A stretch of 64,000 nt of DNA, from positions 64,001-128,000 of the IMG/VR virus record IMGVR_UViG_3300028591_000004; one strand, given 5' to 3'. The stretch is from a virus. Its lineage: Duplodnaviria; Caudoviricetes. Below the pieces are notes generated by a model. The model worked only from the letters and a program-made list of their open reading frames with translations. It had not been told where the DNA came from and did no database searches. Positions 18,057 through 29,017 of the stretch are shown piece after piece. Position 1 is the stretch's first letter; each line of letters opens with the position of its first letter. The translations under genes and the position numbers were made by a program.

Positions 18057-18496
18057 AGGATTTATAGACTGGCTGTTGACATCAGAGCCTGTCAGCCGCT
18101 GGATTTTGATTTTAATGTTGCTTGGGATAGTTGCTGGAATTGCTTTTGCAATAAAGAATCTTGCAAAACCAGGAGAATCCTCATGGCAATAAAAAATACT
18201 TACATATATAAAGTTTCCATGGGAAACGGAGAAGACATCAAAGAAGTTGTCTTCTGTTATGCTCGAAATGCTGAAGCAGCAAGAGACGGATATAAAACAG
18301 TTTTTAAAGAAAAAAAGTACGATAAGTTTCACGTTGTAATGTTCGGTGAAGCTGATATCAGGGTGCATCCTGAAAGGTTTATGCCGATGCCGAAAGATGA
18401 AGTCGATTATGTGATTAAACGGAAACTTGCTGAAGCAGACGCTTATGCTCAGCGAAAAACACAGTCAATCGAATTTATCCCGGAGAGTGAAAACAA

Positions 18497-18865
18497 ATGA
18501 ATGTAGTTTTTTTCGAGGTCGACAACGTTTTAAATTTTGACAAATCGGAAGCAAAAGCGCCAAGCGGGAGAGTCGGAATTGCCGAGTCTCGCGTCAAGGC
18601 TTTAAAAAAAAGGACAGATAAAGACGGGTCCAAACTTGTTTTAATCGGAGGCTGGAAAAAGGATTGGAGTTTCGACGATTCGAAATGCACTTCAGACGGA
18701 ATATATCTGAATAAAAAATTGGACCGCAGAGGACTTCATATTCTGGACAAAACTAAAGATATGGAATCTGTTCAGGATGAAGTAGAAGACTGGCTAAAAC
18801 GGCATCCAAACGTAGAAGCATATGAAATTATAACGAATGGAGATGTTTTAGAAAATGCAGTCTGA
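18497..18865 (+). CDS. HAD-like domain protein (Swiss-army-knife RNA-repair type), catalytic motif altered
   Basis: VVFFEVDNVLN resembles FLDIDGVLN; EVEDWLKRHP. Confidence 0.55.
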   Translation: MNVVFFEVDNVLNFDKSEAKAPSGRVGIAESRVKALKKRTDKDGSKLVLIGGWKKDWSFDDSKCTSDGIYLNKKLDRRGLHILDKTKDMESVQDEVEDWLKRHPNVEAYEIITNGDVLENAV

Positions 18866-19381
18866 ATTAATAGAAATAATGAATGAAAGTATAGATAATG
18901 CACATTGTTTATTACAGAAAACAAAGTGCAGAGAAGCTTTAATTAATTATGAATTAGTGAAGTCTTTATGTGAAATCATAAAACAGCAGGATTCTTCATT
19001 CGATCGATTAACAGATGTGTGTATACAAGCCGCTGATTCTATTATCGAAAATAAAAGATTTGTTGACATTATAAAGACATACGTCAGCGAAGATGCGTGG
19101 CGCTTATTTAATCATGAATTTAAGAGAAAGAGGTGTGCTTGTTCATGACGCCAAAGGAATTGATCAATAAACTGACAACGTATCAAGGGCCTTGTATGCG
19201 GTTATGTTCATATTGTCCTGAAGACTTTAATACTGCTGAAGTAAAAAAATGCGTAGAAAAAATGATTGAAACAATCTATAAACTTCAGGCTGATAAAGAT
19301 CTGTTAATGGAGCAATTAGTAAAAATCAGAGAAGCATACAAAGAGCAAACGGGCAAAGACTATCTGTTTTAAGGAGGAGCT

Positions 19382-20119
19382 ATGGCAGAAAGAAAAAAAT
19401 TAAATGTGGTTCTGATTCGGCATACACTTTCTCCGGAAGAAACAATTGCGCTTGGAGCAAAGTTATGCTATTCAAAATCTGAAATAAAAGATCTTAAAAA
19501 CAAAATTTCAGAGAATGATCAAGACATGTTCATTAAGAAGCTGATGTCTACAAGGCATGAATCAGTTCTTGAACATGCTTCATTTACGTTTGGAATAGAG
19601 GGAGTCAGCCGATCTCTGTTGGCTCAAATTACAAGACATCGTCTTGCAAGCTTTTCCGTTCAAAGCCAAAGATACGTTTCCTATGAAAACGGATTCGGTT
19701 ATATTATTCCGCCCAAGATTGAGGCATTAGGACAAGAAGCCGTTAAGCAATATGCCGATCAGATGAACACAATCGAAACCTGGTATAAAGACTGGCAAGA
19801 CAAATTAGGTCATGGTGAAACGTCGAATGAAGATGCTCGTTTTGTTTTGCCTAATGCCTGTGAAACAAGAATGATTGTTACCATGAATGTTCGGGAATTA
19901 AGGCATTTCTTCTCTTTAAGAATGTGCAACAGAGCGCAGTGGGAAATCCGCCAGTTAAGTGAGCAGATGTTCATGGAATGTCTGAATGTTGCTCCTATAT
20001 TATTTGAAACGGCAGGTCCTCCTTGCCTGAGAGCAGGATGCGAAGAAGGAGCAAAGAGCTGTGGCAAGGCAAATGAAATTCGAAAGAAACGGCAAGAGCT
20101 TCTAAATGAAATGCGATAG
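19382..20119 (+). CDS. thyX: Flavin-dependent thymidylate synthase
   Basis: HESVLEH, RHRLASFSVQSQRY (RHRx7S), EDARFVLP, RAQWEIR. Confidence 0.95.
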   Translation: MAERKKLNVVLIRHTLSPEETIALGAKLCYSKSEIKDLKNKISENDQDMFIKKLMSTRHESVLEHASFTFGIEGVSRSLLAQITRHRLASFSVQSQRYVSYENGFGYIIPPKIEALGQEAVKQYADQMNTIETWYKDWQDKLGHGETSNEDARFVLPNACETRMIVTMNVRELRHFFSLRMCNRAQWEIRQLSEQMFMECLNVAPILFETAGPPCLRAGCEEGAKSCGKANEIRKKRQELLNEMR

Positions 20120-20309
20120 ATGCGGGCTGGAGCAATTAAGTGTGAAAGACAGTCGCCCATATGACTGGGGAATTAAAAGAAAACGTGTCTGTTTGAATTG
20201 CGGTCATTGTATGCCAACAATCGAAATAAATAAAATAACAGATGAAGCTGTTAAATCCTTAGACAGAAGTAAGAAGATAGCGGAAAGAAAGGAAACTAAA
20301 AAGAAATGA
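20106..20309 (+). CDS. NrdR-like Zn-ribbon protein (no ATP cone)
   Basis: MKCxxC..VKDSR..IKRKRVCLNCG..TIE. Confidence 0.7.
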   Translation: MKCDRCGLEQLSVKDSRPYDWGIKRKRVCLNCGHCMPTIEINKITDEAVKSLDRSKKIAERKETKKK

Positions 20310-21010
20310 GAACTAGTGATATAGCTTATGTAAAGAATTCTCCGATGGTATTACAGCCGTCCGTTGATCTTCAGGATATGGATTTGGAAGAAATAAAAAA
20401 TAAGTACCTGAAAACATGCCTGAAATCCGGAGGAGACCCATCGAAGTGTTCAAAGTGCAGTCACCCGTGCGTGTACGGAAAACGGGCTATGCAATTAATT
20501 GCAAATCAGATTTACAATGATCCTCCCATTCCTCTTTATGGAGGGAAAACATTGATCGAAAGAGCCAGAGAAGAGAACATGAAAAGACGCCAGGCTGAAG
20601 AAGAGAAGAAGCAGGAAGAACAGCAAAAACAAGAAGTAAAAAAGAGAGAAAAGAAACGGGTAGAAAACTGGTGGGAAGACTCACTTGCGTCTGGCAATCA
20701 AATTGAGTGGCTGTGTTCTCATTTAAACATGTCTAAAACTCAGGCTAAGAAAAAAGTATATAATTATAAATATCTTCATGGATTACTTCAGCCTAAAACT
20801 CCAGAACCAGAGAAAACTGTTGTGGAAACAAAACAGCCGAATGAATCAGAAGAATCCAGAATGATTGAACAACTGGAAAACAAGATTAATAAGCTAATGA
20901 AACAACAGGATGAATTCAAATCTTTAGCTGAACATTATCAGAAATTATATCAGGAAACAAAAACTAAAACCGATGCTTTGTTTGAAGCTCTAAATATTCT
21001 GAATGAATAA
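20306..21010 (+). CDS. Hypothetical protein (Cys motif plus coiled coil)
   Basis: 234-aa ORF translationally coupled to the upstream gene. Confidence 0.6.
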   Translation: MRTSDIAYVKNSPMVLQPSVDLQDMDLEEIKNKYLKTCLKSGGDPSKCSKCSHPCVYGKRAMQLIANQIYNDPPIPLYGGKTLIERAREENMKRRQAEEEKKQEEQQKQEVKKREKKRVENWWEDSLASGNQIEWLCSHLNMSKTQAKKKVYNYKYLHGLLQPKTPEPEKTVVETKQPNESEESRMIEQLENKINKLMKQQDEFKSLAEHYQKLYQETKTKTDALFEALNILNE

Positions 21011-21287
21011 CATTAAAGGGAGCCGCCTTGTAAAAGGAGGCGGCTCCCGGTTGAATAAGGAGAAGATATGGACTTTTTATCGATTAATGAAAACACGTAC
21101 GGTAAAATGATAATCAATATTGATAATATTGTCTCGTTTGCGAAGATAGAACATCCAGACGGTTTGATGACAAGGATTGATACAGTGATCGAAGGCAATC
21201 CTCTTTATGTAAAAGGAGATGTCACGAAAGACTTATCCCATTTGTTTAGAGCCCATGGCTGGTCCTGTACTCCTTTGGGTGAAAATG

Positions 21288-21332
21288 TTTGATTAAATAT
21301 TTTCTCTTGTTTCGAAAAACAACATAATGGAG
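21288..21332 (+). promoter_or_regulatory. Conserved 45-bp promoter/operator element, copy 2
   Basis: 40/45 identical to 2378-2422; immediately upstream of the HD-domain gene. Confidence 0.6.
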
Positions 21333-21339
21333 TAATTAA

Positions 21340-21954
21340 ATGAAAACAGAATTAAATACAATCGATGAACGTCTCGCTGATTTCTCATCTCTGTGGGAAG
21401 CGCTTGGTGGAGGAGACGACAGTCTTGTAGTTAAAAACGAAAACCTGATGGCTTTTTTAAACAGCGAGGGTTTTTTCACGGCTCCGGCATCTACAAAGTA
21501 CCACGGAAATTATGAAGGCGGATTATACGATCACAGCCGTTTTGTAGCAATGCGCCTTCATTGGCTTACGCTGAACAACGGCTTGAAGTGGAAGAGGCCG
21601 GAAAGTCCATTTATTGTTGGGATGTTCCATGATATTTGCAAGCATGATCAATACGTTATGAGTGAAGGCCCGGAAACTTTTACTTCCGGAGGACAGGAAA
21701 TTGTAATCTCTCCCTTTTCTACTAAATATACTTATAACGAAAACACTCTCTTGAAAGGACATGGATCAAAGTCTGTGATGATTCTGTCTCAGTTCATCAA
21801 TCTGACAGAAGAAGAGATGCTTTGCATCCGTTATCACATGGGAGCATATGAAAAGGAAGAATGGCAGGAGTTCGATCGCGCTATCAGAAAGTATTCGAAT
21901 GTATTATGGACACATCACGCCGATCAATTAGCTAGTAAGGTTGATGGAGTATGA
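21340..21954 (+). CDS. HD-domain phosphohydrolase
   Basis: APASTKYHG..GGLYDHS, HDICK, GHG, IRYHMG, HHAD. Confidence 0.88.
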   Translation: MKTELNTIDERLADFSSLWEALGGGDDSLVVKNENLMAFLNSEGFFTAPASTKYHGNYEGGLYDHSRFVAMRLHWLTLNNGLKWKRPESPFIVGMFHDICKHDQYVMSEGPETFTSGGQEIVISPFSTKYTYNENTLLKGHGSKSVMILSQFINLTEEEMLCIRYHMGAYEKEEWQEFDRAIRKYSNVLWTHHADQLASKVDGV

Positions 21955-22193
21955 GCAACGAAATAACCAAAAGCAATATTGATGATTTTCTGATGTTTGT
22001 AAAAGAGAATGATGGAAGAAATTTCAGACAGGGTTCGTTTATGTCTGAATCTGAAAAGGTTTATAAATCCAAAGACGTAGAAAAAGTATTTTCTGATTTT
22101 TATAATCGAATAAAACAGCTTGAAGAAAGAGTATCAAATATTGAAAAAGATCTTGTAAAAATATGGAAACCGCCATGTTAAAGGAGGAAAACC

Positions 22194-22745
22194 GTGACTG
22201 GGAAATTAAAAGACCTGACAATTAACCGAGATGGAACACAAAATATAACCATCACGGTTAATTCTGATTTCAGGGAAATGTTTGACGAGCTTTTCGATAG
22301 CGAAATTAAAATAGATATTAAAAAATATAATCCTCGCAGAGGATTGGATGCGAATGCAAGATGCTGGGTTTTAATCGATCAGATTGCAGAGAGAACCGGC
22401 GTGAAAAAATATGAAGTATATAAAAACGCCATAAAGGAAATCGGTGGAGTATCAGATGTTGTCTGCGTAAAAGAAATTGCCGCTGATACTTTGTGCAGAA
22501 ACTGGCAGGAAAAAGGAGAAGGATGGATGGCTGAAAAATCTCCAAGCAAGCTGCCGGGATGTGTAAATGTTACTTTATGGTATGGCTCATCAGTATGGGA
22601 CAAGAAACAAATGTCTGACCTGATTGACAGCCTCGTGCAGGATGCGGAGTCTTTAGGCTTGCCGACAATAACACCAGAGGAACAGGAACGGCTGATCATG
22701 CAATGGGGAAAAAAGGTTGACAAAAAGAGGGAGAGAGTTGCTTGA
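22194..22745 (+). CDS. NinB-like recombination-associated protein
   Basis: RRGLDANARCW, GSS.WDKKQMSDLID. Confidence 0.55.
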   Translation: MTGKLKDLTINRDGTQNITITVNSDFREMFDELFDSEIKIDIKKYNPRRGLDANARCWVLIDQIAERTGVKKYEVYKNAIKEIGGVSDVVCVKEIAADTLCRNWQEKGEGWMAEKSPSKLPGCVNVTLWYGSSVWDKKQMSDLIDSLVQDAESLGLPTITPEEQERLIMQWGKKVDKKRERVA

Positions 22746-23023
22746 GCAGCAAGTCTATTGTACAGGACGGAGAAAAACAATGTTTTCTGTGCGGCCGTCA
22801 AACAAATCTGGAGCGCCATCACATAATGGCTGGACCGAACAGGAAACATTCTGAAAAATATGGAGTTTGGGTGTGGCTTTGTCATGACTGTCACACAGGA
22901 ACTGATGGCGCTCAATACAATACAACAAAAGGAAATTTGTTAAAAATAGAAGGACAGATTGCATTTGAACGCATTCATTCACACGAAGAATGGATGCGTA
23001 TTTTTGGACGAAACTACCTTTAA
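22742..23023 (+). CDS. Small HNH-like Zn nuclease
   Basis: CFLCG..ERHHI..WLCHDCH. Confidence 0.65.
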   Translation: MSSKSIVQDGEKQCFLCGRQTNLERHHIMAGPNRKHSEKYGVWVWLCHDCHTGTDGAQYNTTKGNLLKIEGQIAFERIHSHEEWMRIFGRNYL

Positions 23024-23036
23024 GGAGATGATTTAG

Positions 23037-24092
23037 ATGAGAAAATTGGCAAGTATTCAAAAAGTATGGGATGTTCAGCCAATTGAAGGAGCCGACAGAC
23101 TTGATCTCGCCAGAGTCTTAGGCTGGCAATGTGTTGTAAATAAAGGTCAGTTCAAAAAAGGAGATATCGGAGTCTATTTTGAAATAGATTCATTTCTTCC
23201 TGTACGTCCTGAATTTGAGTTTTTAAGAGCCTCGAGCTATAAGAAAAACGATATTTTGGGCGAAGGTTTTAAATTAAGGAGCATGAAATTCAGAGGACAG
23301 ATCAGCCAGGGTTTGCTGCTTCCTCTGAATTCTTTTAAAGAACTTCCTTCTGAATTGGACATTGCCGTTGGAATGGACGTAACGGAATGGCTCGGAGTAA
23401 GAAAATGGGAAATAGAAGAACGAGCCACAACAGGTGGAAATGTTATCGGAACACTTCCATATGATGTGCCTCACACAGATGAAACAAGAGTCCAGTCCAG
23501 GCCGGAACTGATTCAAGAATTCAGTGGATTGGAATATTACATTTCCACGAAAATGGACGGATCTTCGCATTCGTTAAGCGTGGACGAAAATGGTTTCCAT
23601 GTCTGCGGACATAACTATGAATACAAAGACGACGACTCCAGCTCGTTCTACAAATTCATAAAAGAAAAGGGCTTTGACAAGACAATGCCTGAGTTCGCCC
23701 GTAAAATGGGCTATAAAACACTGACCATTCAAGGAGAATTCTGTGCTCCTGGAATTCAGAAAAATCCATTACGCTTAAGCAAACCTGAATGGTACGTATT
23801 TACAGTTCGTATTGACGGAGACCGGGTAGATCTTGAAACGATGAGTTTAATTACAAAAGATCTGAATATGGAAATGGTACCAGTTGAAGAAGTCGGTAAT
23901 GACTTGCCTTCAAAATATCCTACAGTTGAATCATTGCTTGAAAGAGCTGATGGAAACTATCCTAACGGAGGGAGAAAGGAAGGCATTGTAATTCGTACAA
24001 CACAGCCTGTTTATAATTCTTTTATCGGAGGCCCACTTTCGATGAAAGTTGTCAGTAATAAATACCTTTTGAAAAACGGCGAACAGACATGA
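23037..24092 (+). CDS. ATP-dependent RNA ligase (DRB0094/Rnl5-type)
   Basis: MRKLASIQ N-terminal domain, motif I KMDGSS, QGEF, EGIVIR, KVVSNKYL. Confidence 0.88.
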   Translation: MRKLASIQKVWDVQPIEGADRLDLARVLGWQCVVNKGQFKKGDIGVYFEIDSFLPVRPEFEFLRASSYKKNDILGEGFKLRSMKFRGQISQGLLLPLNSFKELPSELDIAVGMDVTEWLGVRKWEIEERATTGGNVIGTLPYDVPHTDETRVQSRPELIQEFSGLEYYISTKMDGSSHSLSVDENGFHVCGHNYEYKDDDSSSFYKFIKEKGFDKTMPEFARKMGYKTLTIQGEFCAPGIQKNPLRLSKPEWYVFTVRIDGDRVDLETMSLITKDLNMEMVPVEEVGNDLPSKYPTVESLLERADGNYPNGGRKEGIVIRTTQPVYNSFIGGPLSMKVVSNKYLLKNGEQT

Positions 24093-24348
24093 ACAAATAT
24101 ACATTATGCTGGGATTGTGCGAAAGCGACAGGGACAATGGACTGTCAGTGGGCGAATGCAGGCAAACCTGTTAGAGGTTGGCACGCTGAAAAAGTTGAAA
24201 AAACAGTGTCAAGACCTTATTCAACATACTGTATTTATCGCTGCCCCAAATTCATAAGGGATTCCTATTATGGTGGAACCGTGAAATTGGATGGAAGAAA
24301 ATGTCGAAGAGAGCGATTTGACTCGGAGATACAAATCGGAGGCCGGGC

Positions 24349-25074
24349 ATGAACAATACTGTGCCTCATAACGGAAACAGCTTAAAGATAATTGGTTTAA
24401 AGATAACAGACAAAGGTAGATTTGGAAACTTAAACATTCCTTTGTTTGAATCATTACCTTCAAATACAAAACTTATTATAAAAGGAGAAAATCTAACATC
24501 ACATCCAGACCTTGAAGATTTTTTATTCAGAATGTCTGCCAGTAAAATAGTTTGCGACATAAGAATTAATTGGACTTCATTCTTAGAACAGTATGAACGA
24601 TTAAAAAAATGGACAGAACAAAAGTTGATTAATGAAGTCGGTGTAATAATAAACGAACATGTGTTTTGCGAAACAATTGACAGACTCTGTGATCTGGAAA
24701 ATACTGCAATTTACACTGTTCTTGGAACGAACGAGAGCGTTTTTCGGCAATTGATGGGCCGGAATTTAAAACTTATAATCCTTGGATATAGACAATGTGA
24801 CAATCAACCAAATAAAGAAAATATTAATTGGACGAAAAACAATCTCTTCTCAATCTTCTCTGGATTTAAAACTGTTTATATTAGCAATATTGCTTTCCGT
24901 CAAATGAGGTTAACAAGTGGTGTTGAATTTCATGTTATAAAAGATGAAGAACTGTTCATAGATCTGCCAAATAACCAGTTCGCTGTTTCTGACATATCTC
25001 CGAAGGAAGAAAAAAGAACAATCAATAGTACATATATAGATGATTTGTTCGAGCAGATAAGAAAGGAGATATAA
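24349..25074 (+). CDS. Degenerate radical-SAM-like protein lacking CxxxCxxC
   Basis: LKITD, GENLTSHPDL and LKLIILGYR resemble phage radical SAM proteins; the Cys triad is absent. Confidence 0.4.
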   Translation: MNNTVPHNGNSLKIIGLKITDKGRFGNLNIPLFESLPSNTKLIIKGENLTSHPDLEDFLFRMSASKIVCDIRINWTSFLEQYERLKKWTEQKLINEVGVIINEHVFCETIDRLCDLENTAIYTVLGTNESVFRQLMGRNLKLIILGYRQCDNQPNKENINWTKNNLFSIFSGFKTVYISNIAFRQMRLTSGVEFHVIKDEELFIDLPNNQFAVSDISPKEEKRTINSTYIDDLFEQIRKEI

Positions 25075-25433
25075 AATGCCACTTGATTTTAATCCATTGA
25101 CCACACAACAAATATTGTTAAATGGTAATACATATCGTGTGACTGATTTTACAACAACTACATCAATTAATGAGTTGCCTATAACAACAATAACTTTAAC
25201 CCCCGAAGTGAATCAGTTAGACACTGCCGTTGACGGCGATTATCTCGAGTATCTAACAAACAGAAACACAACACAACTAGAAGAAATAGAGGAAAGCATA
25301 GAAAACTTAAAACGAAATTTAAAACCTATGATTGCTGCAATTGTTGAAGAACTTCTTGAATCAAAAGGATTTATTCTTGGCAGAATACCTGACACCATTG
25401 AAGAACCTCCTATTGAATAAGGAGGATTAATGA

Positions 25434-25820
25434 ATGGCTGATGAAATAAAAAATACCCAAACAGGCATAGAACTTCTTGATGAATGGACTGCCCGCCTGG
25501 GGTTAAAGGACTGGCTGGTAACACTCTGCGACAATTGCAACCCGGAAGATATGGTTCTTGATAATTCTGATGGATGTGTAAGCTACGAAGAGACAACAAG
25601 AGCTGCAAAAATCCAGATCGTTAATCCGGGAAAAAGACAGGGCGGATTAAGGCCTTTCAATTACGAAGAAACGTTGGTTCATGAATTGCTTCATATTAAA
25701 TTATGTTTACTTGAAAGAGGAGAAAACTGGGAGAATAAACTTCAACTAAGGCTTCTCCATCAGTATATTGACGATCTTGCCAGGGCGCTGGTAGATGCAA
25801 AAAGGACTGAAAACAAATGA
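25434..25820 (+). CDS. Zincin-like metallopeptidase (HExxH)
   Basis: EETLVHELLH. Confidence 0.65.
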   Translation: MADEIKNTQTGIELLDEWTARLGLKDWLVTLCDNCNPEDMVLDNSDGCVSYEETTRAAKIQIVNPGKRQGGLRPFNYEETLVHELLHIKLCLLERGENWENKLQLRLLHQYIDDLARALVDAKRTENK

Positions 25821-26350
25821 AGAAATTAATTCTGATGCTGATTTTGATCCTGTCAGCATCTTTTTGTTATGCGGAAACTGAATGTTGGATCTTATGTCAG
25901 CCTGACTCGTATGTAAATGTTCGTCCAAACTCAAACAAGAAAGGTCAGGCTGAAGGGTATCTTCTTTGTGGAGATAAAGCGGCAACAGAAAACGCAACAA
26001 GAAACGGATATCTGTTTCTCACGCAAGTTTCTACTGAAAGAGGAGAAGGATGGGTTAATTCAGGATATGTCGTTTATTCCAAACCGGTTTATCTGAATAA
26101 AAAAGTAAACATCTGTTCTAAGGGACGAGTCGCCTGCCGGAGAGCAATCGGTGGCAGCAGACGATGCTGGGCAAAAGACGGGGATACAGTGACTGTTTAC
26201 TATGTCTCAGACGAATGGAGTATTACAAATAAAGGTTTCATTAAAACAGAATATCTTGGAGTGAGTTACGATGTTTGTTCGAGATTCCTGGCATCAGGAT
26301 CACATAACGGAGAACCAGAAGGTCTATATTTCGAAGATGATGAAAGATAA
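25817..26350 (+). CDS. Secreted SH3b-domain protein
   Basis: Signal peptide; VNVRP..GWVNSGYV; second repeat GFIKTEYL. Confidence 0.65.
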   Translation: MKKLILMLILILSASFCYAETECWILCQPDSYVNVRPNSNKKGQAEGYLLCGDKAATENATRNGYLFLTQVSTERGEGWVNSGYVVYSKPVYLNKKVNICSKGRVACRRAIGGSRRCWAKDGDTVTVYYVSDEWSITNKGFIKTEYLGVSYDVCSRFLASGSHNGEPEGLYFEDDER

Positions 26351-26870
26351 CCCAGAACTACCACCGTTCACGGGAAAGACAAAAATAGATGCGGCTCGTT
26401 ATATATCAATGTACAGAAAGGCAAACAAATGCAGATCGTTCAGTTAAGTATGTTTGATGACCCGCTCGAATGGATAGACCAATGTTTATTGTATGGGTCC
26501 GGATATGAAAACGGAAAGCTTAGAATTTATGCAGCTGCGGCAAAATTAAATAAAAAAGAATTCAACGAGTTTCTGAAAAACGAATACGGGATTGGCGGCC
26601 GATCCATTGACGACGGATTTATGGATTACAACGGCAAAGGGATCTCATTAAAAAGATTCAAAAGCAACTATCAGGAATTCCATCCTTGGGCATCTGTTGC
26701 CAAACGAATTTTGCACTTAATTAATACCGAAAACTACCTAACAGACAAGGAAAAAATGAGATTCAAATCTGTTTGCGATATGCATAATGGACAAATACCC
26801 ATGCCTAGAGCAAGACTGAATTTTGAATAAAAAACAGCTTTATCAAAAGAAAAAGAAAGAAGGGAACAAA

Positions 26871-27377
26871 ATGAAATTTTCTTACAAAAAAGCCGATATT
26901 ACGACAACCGAAACAAAGAGCGTAAAGCTTTCTCCTCCGTGGATTACTTATGTGAAATACATTAAGGCACTGTTTGAAAATGATCCTCAGATTGTTATCG
27001 ATTACTCGGAAGGCGATTATGTCCTTACGCTGATTGTAAATGGGATCGAAAAGTATCAAGCTATTTCTACTTTACTGCCTAACAAAAAGGAATTTGGCAA
27101 CGTGGTCTTAACGATCAATGTGGTACAATCTCCTAATGAGCTTACCGATGAAGAACTTTTCAGGAATGCATTTAACGGTAACGATGTTCTGTCTGATTTT
27201 AAAAGCTTTGATACCCCGTTTGGACCGCAGAATTACGCTGTTTTCAAGAAAGAAGTCGTTCAGTTCTATGATGACAATATGGGAGACATTAATGGTCTGA
27301 AGTCAACTCTCTATGAGGAGATTGCCAGAGAAGTGTTTGGCGAAGCTTCTGTCCATTTCTGCACAAGTATGGAATGA
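26871..27377 (+). CDS. Conserved phage hypothetical protein
   Basis: LSPPW..FKKEVVQFYDDNMGD; good RBS. Confidence 0.6.
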   Translation: MKFSYKKADITTTETKSVKLSPPWITYVKYIKALFENDPQIVIDYSEGDYVLTLIVNGIEKYQAISTLLPNKKEFGNVVLTINVVQSPNELTDEELFRNAFNGNDVLSDFKSFDTPFGPQNYAVFKKEVVQFYDDNMGDINGLKSTLYEEIAREVFGEASVHFCTSME

Positions 27378-27382
27378 CAAAA

Positions 27383-27413
27383 GAGAGGGGGAGCCATAAA
27401 GGCTCCCCCTCTT
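27383..27413 (+). terminator. GC-rich hairpin, probable terminator
   Basis: AGAGGGGGAGCC-ataaa-GGCTCCCCCTCT. Confidence 0.6.
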
Positions 27414-27428
27414 ATAATAGGAAGAAAC

Positions 27429-28238
27429 ATGAAAGAAAAAGTTCTTGAATGTGGTATTTGCGGGGTATCTTCTGAGAAAAAGATAATAAAATACTGCGGG
27501 AAAACCCAATGCAATTTGTGCAGTAAACATTACGCACAGATTTACAGATATGGAAAAATCACAGATGCAACACCGGCTACAATTCAGGATAAAAATCAAT
27601 ATGTCTTACACGACGAATATGCGGAAATGATCTTAGTCGATGGCCGAAATAATTATGTTGCTACAGCAGTGATTGATCTCGAGGATGTAGAGAAATGCAA
27701 GCCTTATAAATGGGCTTTTGTAAATCGGTATGTTATATCAAGGATTCACGGAAAGAATGTTCGCTTGCACAGGTTTTTATTAGATTATTACGGGGATAAA
27801 GTAATTGATCACATAGATCGCAATCCGTTAAATAATCGTAGAAGCAATATGAGGATTGTGGAAATAACAATTAACAACTGCAATCGTGAAGCCAAGAACA
27901 TAAGATGCTCAGATAACGGGAAATATTCTGTTGAACTCAGAAGATTCGGGAAAAGATATACAAGCAGAAGATTTGACACAATGGAAGAGGCACTGGAAGA
28001 AAAGAATAAAATAATTAAAAAGTTCGAGAATGAAATAGATAGTCATATTAAAGAATATCAACTGAAAAAAGGTATTACAATGACTGGAGTTTCATTAGTG
28101 CCCTCAGGTAGATGGAAAGCAAACTTCTGGAGAAATAACAAATGTCATTATGTGGGAACTTATGATACAAAAGAAGAAGCGTATGAAGCAAGAATGAAAG
28201 CACTGAGAATTTACAATCAAAAGAAACAAGCTGGATGA
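27429..28238 (+). CDS. HNH homing endonuclease with AP2 domains
   Basis: RLHRFL, IDHIDRNPLNNRRSN; AP2-like GVS..GRWKA..YVGTYDTKEEAYEAR. Confidence 0.88.
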   Translation: MKEKVLECGICGVSSEKKIIKYCGKTQCNLCSKHYAQIYRYGKITDATPATIQDKNQYVLHDEYAEMILVDGRNNYVATAVIDLEDVEKCKPYKWAFVNRYVISRIHGKNVRLHRFLLDYYGDKVIDHIDRNPLNNRRSNMRIVEITINNCNREAKNIRCSDNGKYSVELRRFGKRYTSRRFDTMEEALEEKNKIIKKFENEIDSHIKEYQLKKGITMTGVSLVPSGRWKANFWRNNKCHYVGTYDTKEEAYEARMKALRIYNQKKQAG

Positions 28239-28294
28239 TTATACAAATATGATTATCTTCTGTCTTTGCTTTAAAGGAATTGTTTAAATTGAAA

Positions 28295-28765
28295 ATGAAA
28301 AAGATTTTAGTTTACACTGATGGCTCCTGCTTCGGTAACCCAGGAAAAGGAGGGTACGCAGCAATAATTAGAAATGGAAATAAATGTCAGACAATAACTG
28401 GAAGCGTACCCTGGTCAACAAATAATCGCATGGAACTCACAGCTGTAATTGAAGGATTGTCTGCTGTTCCTTACGGATCGGCAGTTTCAGTTTTCACTGA
28501 CAGCGGCTACATTGAGCGTGCTTTTAACGAAGGTCGTGTAGATATTTGGATGAGTAATGGCTGGCGAAGGATTAGAACAGGTGAGCCAGTGCAAAATGCA
28601 GACAGATTCTTAGTATTGTGCGAACTGATTCAAAGCAAAAATCTTAATGTTGAATTCATAAAATTAAAAGCTCACGCAATCAACTATTACAACAACATGG
28701 CAGATTATTTTGCACGTAAAGCTGCTAAAAACCAGATAGAGAGGCATTCATTTTATGACAATTGA
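28295..28765 (+). CDS. rnhA: Ribonuclease HI
   Basis: YTDGSCFGNPGKGG, TNNRMEL, TDSGY, KAHA..N.MAD. Confidence 0.92.
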   Translation: MKKILVYTDGSCFGNPGKGGYAAIIRNGNKCQTITGSVPWSTNNRMELTAVIEGLSAVPYGSAVSVFTDSGYIERAFNEGRVDIWMSNGWRRIRTGEPVQNADRFLVLCELIQSKNLNVEFIKLKAHAINYYNNMADYFARKAAKNQIERHSFYDN

Positions 28766-28958
28766 AGATATCATAAAAATCGATAAAGAAATTTTGACCC
28801 CATGTGATGTAGCTCCTCTGCTTAGATGCGATCCTAATGTAATCAGATATCAAGCTTCAAAAGATATTAAGCAACTTGGATTTCCGGCTTCAAAAATAGG
28901 ATCAAGAATCAAGATTCCAAAAGACGCTTTTGTAAAGTGGTATAAAGGGAATATCTGA
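28755..28958 (+). CDS. Excisionase-like HTH protein
   Basis: LTPCDVAPLL..KIGSRIKIPK; directly upstream of the integrase. Confidence 0.7.
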   Translation: MTIEDIIKIDKEILTPCDVAPLLRCDPNVIRYQASKDIKQLGFPASKIGSRIKIPKDAFVKWYKGNI

Positions 28959-28959
28959 T

Positions 28960-28988
28960 TTGATTTTAGAGTATCTTCCAATTATAAT
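28960..28988 (+). promoter_or_regulatory. Sigma-A-type promoter of the integrase
   Basis: TTGATT-N17-TATAAT. Confidence 0.65.
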
Positions 28989-29017
28989 AGTCTCATTATT
29001 CTGAAGGGAGATCGGAA

